From contig OX442314.1 in the NCBI GenBank assembly GCA_949358305.1, positions 32,054,001 through 32,118,000 on the forward strand: a stretch of 64,000 nucleotides of DNA, given 5' to 3'. This document shows positions 34,411 through 47,614 of the stretch, piece by piece. The notes under the pieces are model-generated. The model made no database searches. It was not told the DNA's origin and saw only the letters and a program-made list of their open reading frames with translations. A program made the position numbers and the translations under genes. This stretch comes from Strigamia acuminata. Its lineage: Eukaryota. The stretch's first letter is position 1, and the number at the start of each line of letters is the position of its first letter.

Positions 34411-37400
34411 ACACGGTTATGATATTTATTATTTCACACTTGTGTAAATATTGGAAAGGGAAAATAATGTTGCTTTATTTAGACTTTAAGTTGGTGCAGC
34501 TAAAACCGACTGTTTCAGCTTTTATGCTGCCTCTACAATGACAGGTGCACAGATTAGAGAATATTCTCTAAGAGAGTATTCTCTAATCTGTGGACAGGTG
34601 GATTTGGATTTGGTGTACCATCGGAGCTGCGTCCTGATTGCAGCCAATCAGGACAGAGGATTCTGCAAGGTATCAGTCTGTGGCTTAACCACCACGACCG
34701 ACACAGAACAACACCGGCCAAGAGAGTAACTGCTCGCGTTGCTACAGTAAATGACGAGCGATGCTGTGATCACAATGGCTAAAACTACCTAGCGAGGTTG
34801 CTCTCAAGTCTGACGGGACTTGAAGCGACCCGTTGGGCCGTGCTGCAAGGCACGGCGTGGTCATGCATAACCGAACTCGCTTTTTTCCATACGCTGCCAA
34901 ATTTCCGGTGTGGTAAAATACGGTAGTTTAATTTAATAAATAGGACAAGAATTGATGTCATTTTTGTTTTAAAATTGAAGTAAAACACAAAATATTTTAA
35001 TTTTTGAATGCAGCTACTGTTTCTTTCGTGCATTCCCAATTGGTGTTAAATCACTTCGGCGCCCACATTTCGTGCCGTTCACTTCGGCACCGTTTCTGTT
35101 GCCGAAATGATCCGGTTTTTTTTATTTCTTGTTTACTTTTATTTTTTTATCAACATTTTTAATGTAAATTTCTGGCGGATCACTTCGGCGCCAATCATTT
35201 AGGCGCCCATCATGTTTATACTCGTAATGTATGGCAGCCGTACGCTATTGTGCAGCAGTGTGTGGTTTCAATCCTTTGCTGCTGCCTTCTTCTTTTACAT
35301 CTCACAAGTCAGTAAGGCATGTTCAAACGCAGGAATGATGATCTGACAAACTTAATTCCATCCTGTGACCAACTGGCACCAGTTGGCACTGGCAACATTA
35401 ACCAGTGCATTGCAGTCAATAGGAACAAAAGATTATGTAAGGGGTCAGTCTGGGGTCAGACAGAGTCTTGACCGATCTAGCACCAGTCATGCTGTGACTG
35501 TAGATGCTTGTGCGTTAGCATGAGATGATGGTTGGTCTCAAGTCAGAAGGGACTTGCAGCAACTTGATGGCTGGTGATGCAAAGCACAGCAGGGCATAAC
35601 ATCATTTCGACCATGCTGAAAGGAATTGAAAGGAATTAGGAAAACTTGTTGTCAGAGGCAAAACATTTATCACGGTTAAATTTAATACAATGAATTTTAT
35701 TTCTTTTTTTTTGTGCTACATTCTAGCAATTCGCTATTATATTTTATTGTTTCTTGAATTGCAAAATCCAAACCACTTTTAATCCATTCTATTCTATAAT
35801 TTCAAAAACACTTGGTTTAAAAAATAAAAAGAAGTAACTCTAATGAAAATTAATGCTGTGCAAATACAGTTGCTAGTGTAGGTATATAAACTACATGGTA
35901 CAATGCTGTGAAGGTAAATATATATTGTTTTTATTAATTTAAATTTGAGTAAACACTGAAAAATAATCTTGCCTTATTTTAAGTTTAAGTTGGTGCAGTT
36001 GAAGCACGAGTCTGTTTCAGCTTTTGTGCTGGTCGTACTACAATGACAAGTGGATTTGGATTTATGTGCTCAACGGCAGATTCAAACTTGGTCGAAAAAA
36101 TACATTCCATGAGAAATATTATTCCAGAGCAAAAAACTGCTCCAATTAAAATTAGAAATGCTGTGATTGTGTGGTAAAGAGAGATGGGTTTGCAGTCATA
36201 ATTTCCTGTTTCGCAAAATGTTGTTGTTTTGTACTTCTCCTCGAGTCTGTTTATAATTCCTTTCTCTTTTAAGTTCAAAATGCTAAAATGTATATTGCAA
36301 GTGTAATTTTAAAACCTTTACGAATTTACTCTCTCAGTACTCACTTCTGATTAAAGAATTCCACATATTTCGATTTTTTTTTAAACTGGTAATAGCCTGA
36401 AAATGGAATCGGGATTTTTATAAAACTGAACGTACAGTCGTGTCCGTACATCTGTTTCAAGATATCGTAAAAATGGATGATGGCATTGTTGTTCGTGGAA
36501 AGCAGTTTTGGAGCATCTGCGAAAGAAATGTTTCCTTTTCCAGTGCTTTTTTCCATACGATGCCAAATTTCCCGTGTAAAATTTGTTTGTGCATTCTACA
36601 TAAAAAAAATAAGACTGCATAAACTGCATAAACATCAAAATTGTTTAAAAATAAATTTTTACAACAAATATGCACCTTCTGATGAAAAGTTTCAACAATT
36701 GCCAGTTTTACTCTCCCCCCCCCCCCCCCGCGTTTGGTTTAATTTACCCCCGTTTGGGACAGATCTATGGTGATTCCAAACAGAATCTTAGAACACTACT
36801 AATTAATTATTTATTACTAATAACAGGAATAAGAACAATTCACATAGAGCAGCGTTGTGATTTGACATTGATTTTCAATTACCTTAAAGTGCACATAAGG
36901 AAACTTCCTTCCAAAAGCGTATAAGTTGATATTGTTTTCCAATAATACATCTTGGACACTGTTGTAACGCAGTCGTGATGTTGTAACAGTGAGTGATGCA
37001 TAAAGTACCACACTGTAGCTTGAAATGATTAGCATACGGAAGAGGTTTTCCGTTGTAGTAACTGTATAAACTATGATATATAGTAAAAATGACTTGTTAA
37101 TTGAAAAGTAATCGCATTGAGATGTATTTTTAGACTACCTGATATTGAGGGTTTGTTTTTATGGTGTTTGGTGATCGAAGCAAAAGACAGTGCGAAGAAG
37201 AGATAAGTTGCTAAAATACACAACCAAACGACCATGGGAAAAGGTTTGAAAAATGTCATCCATAAGTATTCTTTGATGACGCTATCTTGTCGCATCACTA
37301 ATGCAAATGTGTCTCTGTAGCTAGGAAAATTTACGTAGTCAAAATTCAGCACACGTACTGCACTCATTCCAAATATTGCTTTGAGAATGTCATATTGCTT

Positions 37401-39248
37401 AAAGAATAAACAAAGTGAATAAAAAAAATAATCTGAAACATGTTCATGTTATCTAAAGTTTGCGCCAAATGACTAATATCACAACTTTTTATTTAATAAA
37501 CTTACATGCTTTTTCACAATGGGAATTGTATTATGGTCATCCTTAATGGTAATGTTGATTATTGAGCTAGAAATATAAAAACGTTTATACCAGCCTGCTG
37601 TGTCTTGGGGGTAAAAACTCCCCAGACACACTTCACCCCATTTTGGCTGTGGTGGGTTGCAAATTAACCGTTTTGGTGCAATAATTCCTCTGGTGCACCA
37701 AAATGGGCTCATTGCGCATATCTGGTGAGCAGATCCAAAGTGTGCTGGGCTCAAACTTAGAGTTTTGGGACACTCTTGAATTTACAACCAAACAAACAAC
37801 ACATCTTGTCATTGCTCTGCCACAACTGCGAGTACTGACCGTGTTATGTTTCTTGTGATTTGGGACATTTCCCGCTAGCTTTGCTACATTTGCAAAACCA
37901 GTGCTTTCGTGTGTATCAGCCACCGTTGATATACGCATTCCCACTGTTATTCAGTGATCTCTGCTAAGGAGCAGTGCTCTCACTCGCCGCCGCCATCGAA
38001 GACTACCATAGGCCTCTCCGAAGTCAGCCATCGCCGCCCGAGTGAGTTTTGGAGGAAAACAATGTTCCCGCCATTTTCTTGTAATACAATCACCATTGTG
38101 TTACATTTCATTATTCCATTTCATTGTAATATTCAATTCATTATTAATTGAGCTCATTATTAATTATTGTATTTTAACCCAATAAAACATTACTATAACT
38201 GTGTTATTTTATTATACTTACCTTGTATTCATTTAACCCCTAGACATTATTAACCATTTTATTTCAGAGACTAAGTGTTTACAGCATCTCAACAGCGTTT
38301 ATAACCCGGATCACTGCACAGCCTTGTAAAAGTCCTTTACCAAACTTCTAATACTTACCAAATATTACTCATTTTCTCAAATATGAGCTCCAAAATTTCA
38401 TTACAGCAATTCATATTCAAATTTTTCTTTTTTTTCAATCTGTAAAAGAGATGGTTACTTTTTAGTCATTACTTTCTATTTGGATGTATTTTGTGAGAGT
38501 GGACAGACGCCATTAGGGCACGGGAATGCCTAAATAGCGCCAGACGCACGACATACTGATAGAAATGAGCACAAGGTTTATAGTTTATGGCCTTTATTCA
38601 ATATCTAGGAGTCTTCTTCTGTTGCTGCCACTGCTTTGCTGCAGCGCACCTGCAACCCCACATAGCACACGTGGTTAGGGTTAACCTGTGTGCAGCGTGG
38701 TCGATGAGTGCAAGACTCATCAGTCCCTTAGCCCATGGGTCACTCACAGTACTGCGGGGAATGGCATACCGACACATTCCCATGGCTAACAAGAGTGGCA
38801 AACAGCAAGGTGTGAACCGTAGCTGTTCCTACACAATTGTTATTAAACGATGGCCAGGAATAACATCATGTGATAGTGTCATTGGTCATTTCCTGCAACC
38901 ATCAACTCCACATGGCGGGGTGGGTTTGGACTGGACCTTGTGGATATGTGTTGCAGTGACCGGCAATCGGTCACATTTCACACCCCAAAAAACCACCCCT
39001 CAATCTCATTCCCACTATATAATCTTCACCGATGACACATGAATAAGGAATGACTCAAGACACTGCATTGCATTTGATCGTCAATACCATGACATTCATT
39101 TTAAGTTGTCTATGGATAGGGATCAGTGTTCACACCCATCACACCCACCAGCGTTGTGTGATTGTCTTTGTTTTCTCGGGTTATCCCTGGTTTAAGCCAC
39201 ATCTGTCTTTTCTGATAGTTAGATTTCCACTTTCTTGACATACTTGTA

Positions 39249-40922
39249 CAGCTCCCGGACAAAAGTCCTGCAACAGAGCAATTTTTTCACTTACTTTGCA
39301 CTTTGATGGCATCTAGCATAAAAACCATGACAGCTAGAGCAATAACGCTTTAAAAATTGAAAAGCCCTTTCTTTTTAGACTAGAATTGTTTTATAACATC
39401 AGCTGAAAACATCTTTATTCAGTACGAAATAAACAAAAATAAAAATTACACTAGAGACAAAAGTCTTGCAACACAACAAAATTGGTACAAAAGTCCTGCA
39501 ACTTTCTTCTCAGTACTTCGTGGCTCCACCTCTAGCTTTCAAAACTGCTGTAATCCTTCTAGGGATGGATACTATTAAGTCATCACATTCTTTTGGGGTA
39601 ATGTGATTCCAGATCTGATTCACAGTTTCTTCTAACTCGGTTAAGGTCATCGGTCCTACTTCTTGTAGTCGCTTTTTTACTTTAGCCCAAATATTTTCTA
39701 TAGGATTAAGGTCCGGTGAGTTTCCTGGCCAGTCCAACACATCAATTCCCATACTTTCGAAGTAGAATGTAGTCTTCTTCGCCCTATGAGCAGGTGCACC
39801 ATCTTGTTGGTAGATGTAACTGCCCTCCGGAAAATAGTGTTTGGCGGTTGGAATGAGGCAATTATCCAAAACATTGATGTAAACCTCTGCATTAATGCTT
39901 TGTTTCACAGTTTCTAAGCTACCAAGTCCGTTTGCTGTCATGGTTCCATAAACCATTATCCCAGGTGCAAATTTGACAGTCTTTGAAATGCAATGGGGAT
40001 GGAATTCTTCTCCTTTTTTTCTTAAAACTGTAGTTTTCCCATCTTTAAACAAACAAAATCGCGACTCATCGCTGAAGATAACTTGTCTCCACTGTTCAAC
40101 AGTCCAATCTTTATGTTTATGGCACCATAAAACACGTTTTTTTTGCATTGCACGTGTGAGAAGTGGTTTCTTCTTTGCAACTCGAAATCCATATCCCATT
40201 TCCTGGAGTCTGCGCCTTGTTAATTTTTCAGATACAGGCTTTTTGATTATATCAATCCATTTAGCCGTTATTTTTCTGGCAGAATCTTTCCTGGATTTCT
40301 TCACAAGACTTCTGAGGATGTTGTCTTCTGTCTTTTTTGTATGGCGTGGACGACCTGACCTTGATCTCACATTGCATTTTCCGGTTTCTTCTTGTGTTCT
40401 GATAATTCTGCCAACAGTGGAACGATGAATTCCTATTTGAGTTGCAATTTCTGCATTGGAAATGCCTTGGGAATGCTTTTTGATTATTAATTTTCTCACT
40501 CCTAATTCAATAGGTGTGCATTTTGCAGCCATTGCATAAAAAGCTTATTCCTTACAAAATTAGTGAATGATAGGGAATCATGTGCAAATATGCAAATTAG
40601 TATACGATATATCACATGTATGGTCTATGCCAATTCCATAAATTGAGGGGAAAGAGAGTTTTAGCAGAAGTTGCAGGACTTTTGTACCAATTTTGTTGTG
40701 TTGCAGGACTTTTGTCTCTAGTGTAATTTTTATTTTTGTTTATTTTGTACTGAATAAAGATGTTTTCAGCTGATGTTATAAAACAATTCTAGTCTAAAAA
40801 GATAGGGCTTTTCAATTTTTAAAGTGTTATTGCTCTAGCTGTCATGGTTTTTATGCTAGATGCCATCAAAGTTTGAAGTAAGTGAAAAAATTGCTCTGTT
40901 GCAGGACTTTTGTCCGGGGGTT
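39249..40922 (-). mobile_element. Tc1-like DNA transposon, IR/DR type, in intron 5 of copy C
   Basis: ~255-bp TIRs starting CAGCTCCCGGACAAAAGTCCTGCAAC with three internal direct repeats; right tip altered. Confidence 0.93.
39510..40532 (-). CDS. Tc1-like DD34E transposase, 340 aa
   Basis: Motifs SGRPR, FSDESRF, QQDGAPAH and SPDLNPIENIW. Confidence 0.95.
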   Translation of the reverse strand: MAAKCTPIELGVRKLIIKKHSQGISNAEIATQIGIHRSTVGRIIRTQEETGKCNVRSRSGRPRHTKKTEDNILRSLVKKSRKDSARKITAKWIDIIKKPVSEKLTRRRLQEMGYGFRVAKKKPLLTRAMQKKRVLWCHKHKDWTVEQWRQVIFSDESRFCLFKDGKTTVLRKKGEEFHPHCISKTVKFAPGIMVYGTMTANGLGSLETVKQSINAEVYINVLDNCLIPTAKHYFPEGSYIYQQDGAPAHRAKKTTFYFESMGIDVLDWPGNSPDLNPIENIWAKVKKRLQEVGPMTLTELEETVNQIWNHITPKECDDLIVSIPRRITAVLKARGGATKY

Positions 40923-41003
40923 TAGTTGCTCCATATCAGCTTTACCTCCAAGCTGTTGGTCCCCCAGTAAAATGTTAAGCCATGGGTCTATTGGTCAGCA
41001 TAT

Positions 41004-41650
41004 TGTTATGAGTACAGACCGTTCCGAGTGTCGGCCGATCCATAGGGCTCCTTTTAACCCAATTAGATCTTAACGTTGCTAAATTTCGTCAACAGATGGC
41101 GCTGGTGTGTGGCATTGTCATCGCCTCGTCATCTGGCTGATCAACTAGCCTAATAGGGGAGGCACTCATGTTTTGTTAATAGAGTTTAGCCCAACTTTAA
41201 GCAGTTCACTCCTGGACTTCATTCATGAATGATCTCCGATACTTTAGTACTGAGTGTGATGCCGGCCAGCTTATGGTCAGGCTGAAAGGCTCTTTACCAT
41301 TAGCCATTAGTCCATTACTGACTTAATATTATTTCTGCTCACAAAAAGGTTATTTTGAATTATCAGTGTTACTGTTAAGTTATGATTTGAGTTTCATTGA
41401 TTGTTTGTTTGAAGTTAAATTACAAAGCTATTTAATATTTAATTATGTAATAGAATTAACTAGCTTTACTCCAGACAGTAAGCTATTACTGTCTGACTTT
41501 TGATAATTTGTGTAAGACAACTGATTTAACTGATTGCAGACATTTCCCATAAAGAAATGTCCGACTGAATAAAATTGGATTAAGTTTAAATTAACTTCCA
41601 GACTCATACCTTCCCCCGGTAAGCCACAGAGCCCTTAAAACCACGTAATA
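41004..41650 (+). mobile_element. Solo LTR (647 bp)
   Basis: Ends TGTTATG...CGTAATA, 4-bp TSD ATAT, AATAAA at ~41568; absent from the paralogous site at ~29545. Confidence 0.72.
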
Positions 41651-42651
41651 ATATGTTCATGATAGTACAGTGCACGATCGCAGTAGCTGCATTCAAAAAT
41701 CAAAATAAGAATTTTAGTTTACGAGTATTTTAAGTTTTAACATGGGTTTAAACAAGAAATGATGTCATTTTTGTTTTAAAATTGAAGTAAAACACAAAAT
41801 ATTTTAGTTTTTGAATGCAGCTACTGTTTTTATTACCGATATTTTATTTTTGGTAATTAGGTACTTTTAACTTTGTCCTCAATCTCATCCTAATATTTTT
41901 TCAATTGTAATAGAATGCTTTACCTCGCTTGTAGTGAAATTTTGTTTTTTTAAAAACAATGTTGTCTGCGAAATTTTTTCAAATTCACATTTTTGTTGCT
42001 CTTCGCAACGTATCCCTAAGTTTGTTATTTGAAAAATGTTCCCATAAAATTGATATTCCAATAACTGCAATCTAAAATCCTGCAATTTAAAATAAAAATA
42101 TCCTATAAAAATATATTACGGAGTAGTTTCTTTACTTCTAATTAATTTTTAATAAAATCTGAATTCACAGTTTTATTAATGGCCTAATACTGTATTACCC
42201 CACTTTTATCAGCATGCTGTTGGGCATGGGTTTATCAGGTTTTTGAAATACCATCCAAAAAGTTTATACGGGTAAGCCGTAGAGCAAAACATGCCAGTAT
42301 AAGTGAAAAAGCTGGTTTTTTGTTTAATTTGTTTAAAAGACCTAGGATAAATCATTATGTTGGGGCCTGAAGTTTGAGTTTCCTTGATATTCTGATAATT
42401 GCTACTAAGATTTGGAAAATTTTATACAAATTTAGGCCAATACCCTACACTTTGGACATCTAAATTCTAAATATGCGTTTTAAGCTTGTTTTGGCTCAAT
42501 TCTCATTGAAAAAATGCATACTCACTTACACCGGTAAGCCGGTAAAAACGGGGTTTGTCGGCATGCCGGTAAAACTCGCACTACACCGACAGTGGCTAAA
42601 AGCAGGATAAAACGGCAAATCCTAAACTGTTCCTAAAATAATATCTTTAAG

Positions 42652-42814
42652 TAGGTGCATTCAAAAACTCTAAAACGTATGCAAAACTCGTTTCGTGTTT
42701 GTACGTGACGTCATTCCCATTGAATAACATTCCACATCTTATTCAATGGGAATGACGTCACGTTCAAACACGAAACCAGTTTTGCATACGTTTTAGAGTT
42801 TTTGAATGCACCTA
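42652..42814. mobile_element. Hairpin MITE (~76-bp arms, 11-nt loop)
   Basis: TAGGTGCATTCAAAAACTC...GAGTTTTTGAATGCACCTA. Related TGCATTCAAAA-ended elements at 9488-9701 and 41680-41826. Confidence 0.8.
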
Positions 42815-44578
42815 GTGTTTTTCCATGCCTTTAAATAATTCCTGATTACTAAGATTTGAAAGTCATTAAATTGTTACATTTAACGGTGTTCTATTCCTGA
42901 TCCTATTCTCTGTCTTTCAAATGCATTTTAATATCACAAAAAACTGGTTAATGACAGTTTGCACCTGCTATTATTTTAAAGACCAAATATAAATGTTAAT
43001 CTTGTTAGCCAAAAATTGCACCAAATCTTTAAAAAAAATTGCATCAACATCACAATTATTTTTTATTTGGTGTAATTGCAATCTAATCAATTATTGAATT
43101 CACCAATTTACTCCTTTGAACGAGCAGATCTTGTTATACCATTTACTTTTAGAAGTATTGAAGTAGAATGATGTTAATTCATTAAAAGATAAACATTCTG
43201 TGCATACATACTACATATACTTTAACTGTTAACTCATACCATACTATGTTCAGAGTATGTCAACAAGTAAACTTTATTCTGCCTCCAGATGATTAGATCG
43301 TGTAATAAGGGCAAATCTAGATGATGCTTTGGATTTGGAATTCCTCGTGTTTCCTTCATGACAAATATCAACACTTTATTTTCAGTTGTTAAGAAAGTAG
43401 ACTCGGCAAGCTGAAATTAAAATTTATTTTTAAACATATGTGTATAACCATTCCGTAAAATAGAACTAAGACTAGGTGGACAAGCATTTTGATAGATAAG
43501 CAATAATGTTGATAGCTCAATTCCTAATACTATAACTTGGATTTTGTCCTGTTTTTGTTGCGCTAACTTGTCGGCCTAATCCTTCGTCCTCAAATGCAGG
43601 ATTGGTTAGATCTTTACTTGATCAAAATTTTCTATCCAAATTAGAATGAGCTGAAAACAAGTATAATTGAAATCCAACGATGTATTATTGACCAGCCGAG
43701 CCGACAATTGAATTTTTCCAATCCAATAAAACTGGATCAATTTCACCAAGCAGTTTGACACTACAATAGGACCACAAAATACATTAGGAATCTAAAACAA
43801 AATTACAATTGGGATTTATCAACCATATTCATCTTGATAATAAATGATGTGTAAACTTCTTGCATTGATGATTTGTACAATATTAGACAATTGAAAAATG
43901 AATTCATTATTACATTTAACAAAAGGTCGTAAATTAGATAAAGAAGTGTTTTCCCGTGCTAAAACAAAAGATCAAAGTACACACACTCTAATTGTTGCTA
44001 GAATTTCTAAAAGGTATTCAGAAGTTATATGGTGTATACTTAAAAAAAAGATTACTTTTTGAATTGTCGATACATCCAGAGACCAAGTAAAAGAAAAATA
44101 CTCTTAAAATGTTGTTCCGCCAAGTGGTCCCCATCTGGCCCGTTCTCTCAACCTTCACAAGAGGGAAAACACGGCCACACAACGTTAATAATTCCTGTGT
44201 TGTTATTTGCTTTAGCAACCGTTGCCCAGTTTACTCGTTTAAAGTTTATGTGTATCGACATCCGGTGTCTACATCTGACAAACATGTCGTGACTGTCCCC
44301 GCCAGCAGAACTTGAGGGGGCGGAATTTCCTCACATTAAACGGTCAAACATTAAACTTTTCTTCTTTCTTTTTGGATAGGGGTGAGTATAACATATGTTT
44401 CCTGGGCATCGTATTCAAATACAGTACTGTTAGGTTTATTCTGTACTGTTGCTAGTACTACGAGGTGGCCCAAATAAAACCGGCCCGACAATACAAGGAG
44501 GGTGACTAACAAGTAAGGGTGACTAACAAGTAAGGGTGACTAAAAAAATTTACACATTCTTCAATTAAATATATAGAT

Positions 44579-45615
44579 TGTCACGTCGTAGTCGACTTTT
44601 TAACAATAGTTTCGGAAATTTGAGAATTTTCAGGGATTGTGATAACCAGAAAATTTAAGTTTGCAGGCGCTGCAACTCTTAAAACTTTGCCGGGGGTGGT
44701 AGCTAGGTTAAGACAGCGTCTATTCGTAAAATCTGTTTTATATGGGTGCAGGATTCAATTCGGGCGCCGCGCAAAATGGCGAACGTTGATATTTGAATTA
44801 AGACCAAAATATCGCTCTTCTCTAAGGGAAAATGTCGTCACTTGCTAGGCATACTTACGAAGAGTATGTTTCTTCTCCTGGACACGCGCAAACGTTGGGT
44901 GAACGCGCACTCAGGTACCAAATTGCAGACAACGTTGTCGAACCGTCGATAATGAAATGAATACGCAATTGAGACGAGTATGAGTTCAAAATGTCTAGGC
45001 TGAGGAGGAAGTCACAGTTGTGGCATAAAATGTACCGACGAATTAAGACCGTCGAATACGCCGTTTTTCCAGTAAATTGTACGCAAATAAAGGGCAAATA
45101 TTAAATGTGGTGGTTAGATAGCCAACCATGAGAATTCAGGCTGCATAATGACCGTATGCGTTGAGACGCAACATGAATCGCACTTGGAAATCCCCTAGTT
45201 AAGACAGGAGGTGTTGACTAGTCGAAGGCGAAAATTATTCTCTCTGTTCTAAGTTATTTGATAGAACAAGTCACCTCTGATCACATGTCAAAGGCCAAGT
45301 CAATTCCCAATGGGTACTAAGCAGAAAACAGGCGATCAGGGGTGAAATATGCAAATTTAGAGCGCGATTATATCAACTTATGGCAGAATTCTCATGAATT
45401 GTCTGGATGGGGTGATTAAAACCAGGCCAGATTAAGGATAAATGATAAAAAATAAAGGAAATAAAATAAAATAATAAATTTAGATTTGGGAAAAATAAAA
45501 TAATTTAAAGAAACTAGGACAATTTCTTAATAAAATTGGGGGAAAATTAAGAGAAAGGCGCAAAATGCGCTTAAAATTTTGAAAATTATTACTGTCTAAA
45601 GTCAGGACCGTGACA
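44579..45615. mobile_element. Possible solo LTR (~1 kb)
   Basis: Inverted termini TGTCACG...CGTGACA; no TSD found. Confidence 0.4.
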
Positions 45616-46279
45616 GTATATTAATTATTTTAGTTGTGGGCAGTGTTGTTTAATTAACGTTTCTGGTTGCCCAGTTTTTCTGCTCTTTTGTTTGGTGTTT
45701 GGTTTTTGACGATCTGAGCTTTTGTTCTTGATCGGCGTGGCGACTCTGTCGCCCACCTGGACCTGAGCGTCCAAGTACGCAGCTTTCGTCCAACATCCTA
45801 GACCTTGTGGCGACGTGGCCGAACATTTCGAATCCGACCACGGATGTCATGCAGTCAATGGCCGCCGTGACACGCGGTCTTGTTAGGGATGGCAACAGCC
45901 ATCACATTGGGAAATACACATAGAACACCATATCATACCCCTAGACATAATAAAGATATCAAATAACTTTAATAACTTTGTCTGTTTTATTTCGTGGATA
46001 AATTCAATCGTGTGTGTTGCGTCCAGCGCCTCGTGGCCCTCCCTGACCACGTGGCGTCCGTCCGAACACTCACAGTACGACATTGTGCAAGATTTAGTAA
46101 GATTTTGCTAAATTTTGTGAGATTTTTCTAGGTTATTGATATTTTGCTTTGTAAAGTTGCATGGTACCAAAAATGTGGCATGACAATAGCACCAGTACCA
46201 TGTGATGCGGTATATTTTGAAAAGTACTGTGTACCTGCACCAGTATCGCTGAAGAAATCCACAAAAGAACTACAAATCT

Positions 46280-46850
46280 GTAATTCAAAAATGACGCTGC
46301 TCCTCATTGCGCATGAATCTTAACTTCTTGTTTTTCGTTCCTTTTAAATAGCGCAAAATCCTCTTCCCCATCTTCCAGTGCGACAATCCATGGCTGTGGT
46401 TGTACTTGCAAAGATAATGAGTGGCGTATGCAATGTCCGGCCTCGTCCCTTGTATACATGATACATCAATGACCCCATCAGACTCTGGTACGTCACTTCT
46501 GGTACGGGTTAATGTCGGTTTCCGGTGTTGGTTGGTCGTGCTGATACAATCGAAAATGTTGCCATTCCAAGATTCTCTAACACTTCCTCGATGTAGGCTT
46601 CTTGGGACACGGTGAACATTCTGTTCGCAATGTCGCATTGCATGTCCGAACCTAAAATCCGTGTTGGCTCTCCAATGTCTTTGATCTCGACCGTTTTTCT
46701 TAACAGTTTGCATGTCCAATCTTCTCATTTAAATCCGGACATGAGCATATCGTCTATGAAAATGCCCAATATCGTCATCCTTTCTTTGGTGTTCAGCACA
46801 TAAACTCCTCCGTCCGCATACAGTTGTTTAAATCTGCTTTCATCTAGTAT
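46280..46850 (-). pseudogene. Ty1/Copia RT fragment
   Basis: ILGIFIDDML and GTRPDIAYATHYL...HWKMGKRILRYLKGT lie in broken frames. Confidence 0.85.
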
Positions 46851-47614
46851 TATATCGGGTGTCAAATACACGTACGCCAAATACGTAGCCAAATACCCTT
46901 TTGCCAAGTAGCGCATATTCAAATGGACATAACTTTTAACCCATTTAAGTTAAAAATTCTTTTTATAAAAAAATAAAACCCCTATTGTATGTTTGTTCTT
47001 TAAGCTACATTAATTTGTTTTGATTAGAAGCATTTTTTAGGGTTTAAATTTCACCATTTTATTTATTTTTAACATTAAAAAATACATGCGGCCCAATACA
47101 CATGGGTGCGGGTAGTAAAACAACTGGACGTTAACAGTCATTAAGGGACAATGCCGCCGCCATTTGCCGCAAAATGTCGTCATTTTGAGTCTCTTTGGCT
47201 AAGGATGGCACCACAATCACAAGACAGAATCGCACTACAGTCTAACAATTGAATTGTGCTAAGTTTTTAGATGTCCTGTAGGCCTAGACAAAATACTACC
47301 GGTACTGTCATGGTGGAATTTATTACAGCAATTTATTTCATTGTTCCTTTTATTTCAGAATGCAAACCATTTTTAATCTATTCTATTTTAAAATTTCAAG
47401 AACATTAGGATTAAAGAATGAAATATAGTGATGTTAATGCAAATTAATAACGTGCAAGTACAGTTGCCAATGTTAATGTGGGTAGATGCTACAATTCTAC
47501 AATGTTGGTAGACAATATTTATTTATTAGTTTACATTTGAGTAAATGTAGAAAATAACGTTGCTTTACTTAGCGTTTAAATTGGTGCAGCTAAGGCTGAA
47601 TTCTGCTTAAGCTT

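Larger units (their letters stand above)
35985..44134 (-). pseudogene. IR-like copy C, full exon set, probable pseudogene
   Basis: Exon 6 reads IEKKEKFEYELL* (TAA ~38401-38403, 2-nt deletion vs copy B). The MNIL start codon is replaced by AAC. S1, M1, M3, S2 and M4 exons are otherwise open. Confidence 0.75.

Noticed and set aside
44498..44545. Three copies of a 17-bp unit (AAGGGTGACTAACAAGT)
   Set aside because: Ordinary short tandem duplication with no further structure.
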